From: Mycobacteriales bacterium
Lineage (GTDB): Bacteria > Actinomycetota > Actinomycetes > JAFAQI01
Assembly: GCA_036267755.1 (NCBI GenBank)
Contig: DATAVK010000062.1
Coordinates: forward strand, 887-64,886
Reading direction: 5' to 3'
Length of the DNA: 64,000 bases
In this document: positions 59,275 through 64,000 of the stretch, piece after piece
How the letters are laid out: every line of letters starts with the position of its first letter
Numbering within the stretch: position 1 is the stretch's first letter
Program-made: the position numbers and the translations under genes
Notes under the pieces: model-generated
Told to the model about the DNA's origin: nothing
Seen by the model: only the letters and a program-made list of their open reading frames with translations
The model's database searches: none

Positions 59275-60156
59275 TCATCGGGTGAGCGGCAGAACGGACA
59301 GCGAGCGGGTCGGCGCCGCCCGGCCGGCGTGGAAGCGCAGTACGGCGTTGCCGAGCACCGTCGCGTGGGCGACGTGGTCGACGTGTCCGTCGCTGGGCTC
59401 GATCGAGTAGACCTCCAGCGACATGTCGCTCACGGTGGCCGCGTCGGCGCCGTGGCGGGCGGCCCGCTGCTCGAAACGGTCGCGGGCGTCCGCTCGGGCG
59501 TAGGTGACCAGCTCGGTGTACCCGGGCACCTCGACGTTCTGGCCGGACCAGGACCGGGCCGCCATCCGGGTCGCATAGTCGTCGTGGCGGATCGACACCG
59601 AGATGCCCAGTTCCAACCCAGCCGGGACCCAACCGGCATGGATCAGCCGGGTGACCTCGGTGCCCGACAGGTCAGTCGAGAACAGGTACGCCGGGCGGAT
59701 GCTCGATCGGGCACGGACCGCCGTACCTCGGGCCACGAACTCGTGGGCACCGCCCTCGCCGAGCCGCTCCTGGGTCCAGCGAACCCCGACGACTCCGTCC
59801 GCACCGAGCGCCTGCGCCTCGGTCAGCATCCGGCTCAGGGCGGTGTCGTAACCGCGGTAGAGCGCGTCGACGTAGGGCCGGTATCCGCCGTAGCCGCCAC
59901 GACTCGAGGTGACCGTGGGGGCCGACGCCGCGAGGTAACCGCGGCCGCCGAAGCCCATGACGCCGCAGCCGCCCCAACCGGACCAGCCGATCTGCTCGAC
60001 GATGCATCCCATCACCTCGCCGACCGGGTCGAGACCGACCGACTGGACGGCGGCCTGACCGCCTGGACTCAGCAGCGAGGTCGCGATCCGATCGGTCCGC
60101 GCACGCTCGATCCGCGCGCGGGCGGCCGGTGGCAATCCCTGACCGTCCCACGTCAC
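59275..60156 (-). CDS. tandem double YbjQ/UPF0145 domain protein, paralog with Gly-rich insertion
   Basis: 293 aa starting at GTG 60156. The first repeat carries GWSGWGGCGVMGFGGRGY...GGYGGYRPY before ALSRMLTEAQALGADGVVGV...ARGTAV. The second repeat has STDLSGTEVTRLIHAGWVPAGL. Confidence 0.75.
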   Translation of the reverse strand: MTWDGQGLPPAARARIERARTDRIATSLLSPGGQAAVQSVGLDPVGEVMGCIVEQIGWSGWGGCGVMGFGGRGYLAASAPTVTSSRGGYGGYRPYVDALYRGYDTALSRMLTEAQALGADGVVGVRWTQERLGEGGAHEFVARGTAVRARSSIRPAYLFSTDLSGTEVTRLIHAGWVPAGLELGISVSIRHDDYATRMAARSWSGQNVEVPGYTELVTYARADARDRFEQRAARHGADAATVSDMSLEVYSIEPSDGHVDHVAHATVLGNAVLRFHAGRAAPTRSLSVLPLTR

Positions 60157-60266
60157 AACAGTGACGCTATCCGCTCCGGATTCACCCGGTACGAGGGTTC
60201 CCTCCCTAGCCCAGATGGAGTAACGTCCGCCGGGTCAGTTGGATAAATCCCCATAAATGGAGGCAA

Positions 60267-62216
60267 ATGCCCATGACCCTGGGCCATCGTCGCCGCACGA
60301 CGTACACCGTCGCCGCGGCCGTCCCCCTCGCAGTGGCAGGCATCGCGCTGGTGATCCCCACCTCGGCGTCGGCCACCCCGTCACACACCCGAGCCAACGT
60401 CGCCGGGTCACACCCGAGCTGGGCGAAGCCGGCCAACCGAGCCGCCGCCGTACGCGCCGACAAGGCCGTGCATGCCCGCATCTACCTCGCCCCGCGCAGC
60501 AAGGCCGCGCTCGCGGCCGCGGCGACGGCGGTGTCGACCCCCGGGTCGGCGAGCTACCACCACTTCATCACCCCCGCCCAGTACGACGCCACCTACGCCG
60601 CCACCAAGGCACAGGTGGCCACGGTGACGTCGTGGTTGCGGTCCTCGGGCCTTCGGGTGACCTCTGTCGCCACGGGCAACCGGTACGTCGGCGTTGCCGG
60701 CACCGCGGCTGCCGCCGAGAAGGCGTTCGGCACCAAGCTGGCCCTCTACAAGCACGCGGGCAGCAAGCGCCAGGCACCGGCGAGCGTCCTGACCGTCCCG
60801 AGCTCAGCCGCGTCCGCCGTCCTGGGCGTGACCGGGCTGACCAACGAGACTGCTCGCTCGAAGCCGCAGGTTGCGCAGCCGCCGGTCTTCCGCAACGCGA
60901 AGCCGTGCTCCCAGTACTACGGCCAGCTCACGGCGAAGTACCAGGCGGACTTCACGACCCCACTGCCCGCCTTCCAGGGCAAGGTTCGGGACTACGCCGT
61001 ATGCGGCTACACGCCGACCCAGCTGCGCGGCGCGTACGGCGTGACCGCGTCCAAGCTGACCGGCAAGGGCGTGACGGTCGGCATCATCGATGCCTACGAG
61101 TCGCCCACGCTCGGCAAGGACGCCAACACCTACGCCGTCGACCACGGTGACTCGGCCTTCGCTGCCGGCCAGTTCGTCGACACGGCCACGAAGCCGTTCA
61201 CCCACCAGAAGGCATGCGACCCGCCGGGCTGGTCCGGCGAGCAGACCCTCGACGTCGAGGCCGTCCACTCGATGGCACCGGCCGCCAAGGTGATGTATTA
61301 CGGCGGGGCGAGCTGCGAGGACAACGACCTCGACGACACGCTGGCTCAGGCGATCCAGGCCAACCAGGTCTCGATCATCTCCAACTCCTACGGCGACGCG
61401 GGCGAAGGCGTCTCGACCGCCGAGGTTCAGGAGTTCACCACCCTTGCCGAGCAGGCCGCCATGCAGGGCATCACGCTGAACTTCTCCTCAGGTGACGAAG
61501 GCGACGAGCTCGCCGACATCGGCACCAAGTCCGCCGACTTCAGCGCCAGCGACCCGTGGGTCACCGCTGTCGGCGGCACGTCCACAGCGATCAACGCGAA
61601 CAACAAGATGACGTTCGCTGCCGGGTGGGGAACGGACATCTCGAAGCTGTCTGCGGACGGCAAGAGCTGGTCTACCCCCACGTTCGACTACGGCGCAGGC
61701 GGCGGCTTCAGCACGCTGTTCAACCAGCCGTCGTACCAGGCCGGAGTCGTGCCGGCGGACGACCCGGCGGGCCGCGCCGTTCCGGACATCGCGATGGATG
61801 CCGACCCCACGACGGGGATGCTCGTCGGCGAAACCCAGCAGTTCCCGGACGGCAAGAACAAGTACTCCGAGTACCGGATCGGTGGCACCAGCCTGGCGTC
61901 GCCGCTGCTCGCGGGGGACGAGGCTGACGCCATCCAGCACGCCAAGGGTGGTCGGCTCGGGTTCGCGAACCCGCAGCTGTACGCGCTGAGCGGCAATGCG
62001 GATTCGCCGTACTACGACGTCGCCAAGCAGCATGCGGGTGACGCCAACGTTCGGGTCGACTACGCGAATGGTTTCGACTCCTCGGACGGCTTGCTCTACA
62101 GCGTCCGGACCTTCGACGACGACTCCAGCCTGGTGACCACCAAGGGCTGGGACGACGTCACGGGTGTTGGTGTGCCGACCCTGGCATTCCTGTCAGCACT
62201 GAAGACCAGCAGCTGA
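60267..62216 (+). CDS. secreted S53 (sedolisin/kumamolisin-type) serine peptidase with pro-domain
   Basis: 649 aa (ATG 60267 or 60273, after GGAGG). Signal peptide, a pro-kumamolisin-like activation domain (ASYHHFITPAQY, SWLRSSGL), a catalytic-Ser context GGTSLASPLLAG and SGDEGD. Confidence 0.85.
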   Translation: MPMTLGHRRRTTYTVAAAVPLAVAGIALVIPTSASATPSHTRANVAGSHPSWAKPANRAAAVRADKAVHARIYLAPRSKAALAAAATAVSTPGSASYHHFITPAQYDATYAATKAQVATVTSWLRSSGLRVTSVATGNRYVGVAGTAAAAEKAFGTKLALYKHAGSKRQAPASVLTVPSSAASAVLGVTGLTNETARSKPQVAQPPVFRNAKPCSQYYGQLTAKYQADFTTPLPAFQGKVRDYAVCGYTPTQLRGAYGVTASKLTGKGVTVGIIDAYESPTLGKDANTYAVDHGDSAFAAGQFVDTATKPFTHQKACDPPGWSGEQTLDVEAVHSMAPAAKVMYYGGASCEDNDLDDTLAQAIQANQVSIISNSYGDAGEGVSTAEVQEFTTLAEQAAMQGITLNFSSGDEGDELADIGTKSADFSASDPWVTAVGGTSTAINANNKMTFAAGWGTDISKLSADGKSWSTPTFDYGAGGGFSTLFNQPSYQAGVVPADDPAGRAVPDIAMDADPTTGMLVGETQQFPDGKNKYSEYRIGGTSLASPLLAGDEADAIQHAKGGRLGFANPQLYALSGNADSPYYDVAKQHAGDANVRVDYANGFDSSDGLLYSVRTFDDDSSLVTTKGWDDVTGVGVPTLAFLSALKTSS

Positions 62217-62232
62217 CCGACTAGTACTGCTT

Positions 62233-62267
62233 CGACGGGCGCGTCCCCTGTGGGGGCGCGCCCGTCG
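62233..62267. terminator. bidirectional terminator-like hairpin
   Basis: CGACGGGCGCG-T-CCCC-TGT-GGGG-G-CGCGCCCGTCG, between the S53 stop (62216, +) and the minus-strand small ORF stop (62274). Confidence 0.6.
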
Positions 62268-62273
62268 GCGTCT

Positions 62274-62465
62274 CTAGGACCGCCGCACGCCCCAGCCGGG
62301 AGCGGTGGTCTGGTCCGCGGGATCGCGAACCTCTCGCCGACGGTCACGCTGGCGAAGCTCGGTGTACCGCAGCTTCACCGCGCCTGCGACCGCACCAAAA
62401 CGTGCGAGGACGTGGAGCCGGCGCAGCTCGGCGTCCTCCTCAGCAGTCAGTCGTGAGGTAGTCAC
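62274..62465 (-). CDS. small hypothetical protein (63 aa) downstream of typA
   Basis: ORF from GTG 62465, 25 nt after the typA stop, followed immediately by the hairpin at 62233-62267. Arg-rich, no family recognised. It could be spurious. Confidence 0.3.
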   Translation of the reverse strand: MTTSRLTAEEDAELRRLHVLARFGAVAGAVKLRYTELRQRDRRREVRDPADQTTAPGWGVRRS

Positions 62466-62490
62466 ACCGTCGTATCGGCACGATCCCCGG

Positions 62491-64000
62491 TCATCCTTGA
62501 GGGGTGCGTCGCTTCGCCGATCGATAACGCTGCTGAGCGTCGAGGATGACCTTGCGGATCCGCACGGTGGCGGGCGTGACCTCGACGCACTCGTCCTCGC
62601 GGCAGAACTCCAGCGCCTGCTCCAGGCTCAGCTGCTTGTGCGGGATCAGCGGCACCAGGACGTCCGAGGAGGACTGCCGCATGTTGGTGAGCTTCTTCTC
62701 CTTGGTCGGGTTCACGTCCATGTCGTCCGACCGCGAGTTCTCGCCCACGATCATACCCTCGTAGACCTCGGTACCGGGGCCGACGAACATGGTGCCGCGC
62801 TCCTGCAGGTTCGACAGCGCGAAACCGGTCGTAGGCCCGGTGCGGTCGGCAACCAGGGACCCGGTCGGCCGGGTTCGCAGGTCGCCGTGCCAGGGCTCGT
62901 ATCCCTCGTGGATGTGGTGCAGCAGGCCGGTGCCCCGGGTCTCGGTCAGGAACTCGGTGCGGAAGCCGATCAGGCCGCGGGCAGGGACGACGTACTCCAT
63001 CCGGATCCACCCAGTGCCGTGGTCAACCATCTGCTCGAGCCGGCCCTTGCGCAGCGCCATCAGCTGGATGAGCACACCCTGGTAGTCGCTCGGCGCGTCG
63101 ATGGTGAGTCGCTCCATCGGCTCGTGCACCTTGCCGTCCACGAGGCGGGTGACGACCTGCGGCTTGCCGACGGTTAGCTCGAAGTCCTCCCGGCGCATGA
63201 TCTCGACCAGGATCGCGAGCTGCAGCTCGCCGCGGCCCTGCACCTCCCAGGTGTCGGGTCGCTCGGTCGGGAGCACCCGGATCGACACGTTGCCGACGAG
63301 CTCGGCGTCCAGCCGGTTCTTCACCAGCCGCGCGGTCAGCTTCTTGCCGCTGCGTCCCGCCAGTGGCGCAGTGTTGATACCGATCGTCATCGAGATGTTC
63401 GGCTCGTCGATGCTGATGATCGGGAGCGGCCTCGGATCGTCAGGATCGGCGAGGGTCTCACCGATCGTGATCTCGGGGATGCCGGCGATCGCGACGATGT
63501 CACCCGGGCCGGCCTTGTCGATCGGGACCCGCTCGAGCGCCTCGGTGCCGAGCAGCTCGGTAAGCCGGACCCGCTCGACGGTGCCGTCCCGACGGCACCA
63601 GGCGACGGTCTGACCCTTGGCGAGCCAGCCGTTGTAGATCCGAAGCAGCGCGATCCGCCCGAGGTACGGCGATGCATCGAGGTTTGTGACGTGCGCCTGA
63701 AGTGGGGCGGACTCGTCGTACTCCGGAGCCGGGATGGTGCTGCGGATCACGTCGAAGAGCGGCTCGAGGTTGGGGCTGTCCGGGCTCTCGCCGTCGGCGG
63801 GTCGGTTCAGCGAGGCCTGCCCGGTCTTGGCCTGGCAGTACACGATCGGGAACTCGATCTGCTTCTCGGTGGCGTCGAGGTCGAGGAACAGCTCATAGGT
63901 CTCGTCCACGACCTCGGCGATCCGGGCGTCGGACCGGTCGACCTTGTTGATGATGAGGATGACCGGCAGGTCTTGCTCGAGCGCCTTCCGGAGCACGAAC
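62491..64000 (-). CDS. typA: translational GTPase TypA/BipA, N-terminus beyond window end
   Basis: The ORF is open to the window end. PVILIINKVDR (NKxD), then EF-G-like domains and the BipA C-terminal domain (FVGPGTEVYEGMIVGENSR, NPTKEKKLTNMR). Confidence 0.95.
   Translation of the reverse strand, partial: FVLRKALEQDLPVILIINKVDRSDARIAEVVDETYELFLDLDATEKQIEFPIVYCQAKTGQASLNRPADGESPDSPNLEPLFDVIRSTIPAPEYDESAPLQAHVTNLDASPYLGRIALLRIYNGWLAKGQTVAWCRRDGTVERVRLTELLGTEALERVPIDKAGPGDIVAIAGIPEITIGETLADPDDPRPLPIISIDEPNISMTIGINTAPLAGRSGKKLTARLVKNRLDAELVGNVSIRVLPTERPDTWEVQGRGELQLAILVEIMRREDFELTVGKPQVVTRLVDGKVHEPMERLTIDAPSDYQGVLIQLMALRKGRLEQMVDHGTGWIRMEYVVPARGLIGFRTEFLTETRGTGLLHHIHEGYEPWHGDLRTRPTGSLVADRTGPTTGFALSNLQERGTMFVGPGTEVYEGMIVGENSRSDDMDVNPTKEKKLTNMRQSSSDVLVPLIPHKQLSLEQALEFCREDECVEVTPATVRIRKVILDAQQRYRSAKRRTPQG

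Noticed and set aside
1-64000. Scan for rRNA, tRNA, CRISPR arrays, IS elements, integrases and prophage genes
   Set aside because: I recognised none by eye. There are no regularly spaced direct repeats, no tRNA-like GGTTCGA-type arms in the few spacers longer than 100 nt, and no transposase- or integrase-like translations in the ORF track. A tRNAscan, Infernal or ISfinder run would be needed to be certain.

Overview
High-GC (about 70%) actinobacterial-type chromosomal segment, densely packed with about 62 protein-coding genes. Many are joined by ATGA/GTGA start-stop overlaps. I recognised no rRNA, tRNA, CRISPR array, transposase or integrase by eye. All family calls come from motif recognition in the supplied translations or my own manual translations; no searches were run. 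Most of the window is core metabolism and housekeeping: glycolate oxidase glcDEF with malate synthase, gabD, hmgA-fahA for tyrosine catabolism, a principal sigma factor plus a second principal-like sigma, msrA, sppA, tspO, an ATP-dependent DNA ligase, a PAS-GGDEF-EAL protein and typA. Four regions deserve a second look. (1) 38409-40410 is a three-gene, translationally coupled cassette that reads as a type VII (ESX)-style polymorphic toxin module. It has an EspC/DUF2580-like partner ending in YxxxD, a 471-aa protein with a WXG head, hydrophobic segment and RNase-A-like C-terminus, and a small immunity-like ORF. G+C drops sharply across the toxin tip, the immunity gene and a hairpin-rich downstream spacer. 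(2) 8996-15626 is a tightly spaced operon: fatty acyl-CoA reductase::HAD-IB, Zn-ADH, divergent LarA-like protein, PlsC acyltransferase and a spermidine-synthase-like protein. It suggests an uncharacterised lipid pathway. (3) 57957-60156 is an operon of two paralogous double-YbjQ-domain proteins plus an unknown protein. (4) 54920-56824 holds a degenerate JAB/RadC-like protein, a DUF4192 protein and a sigma-region-4-only mini-protein. Many long ORFs in the supplied track are antisense or out-of-frame shadows typical of high-GC DNA and were rejected.
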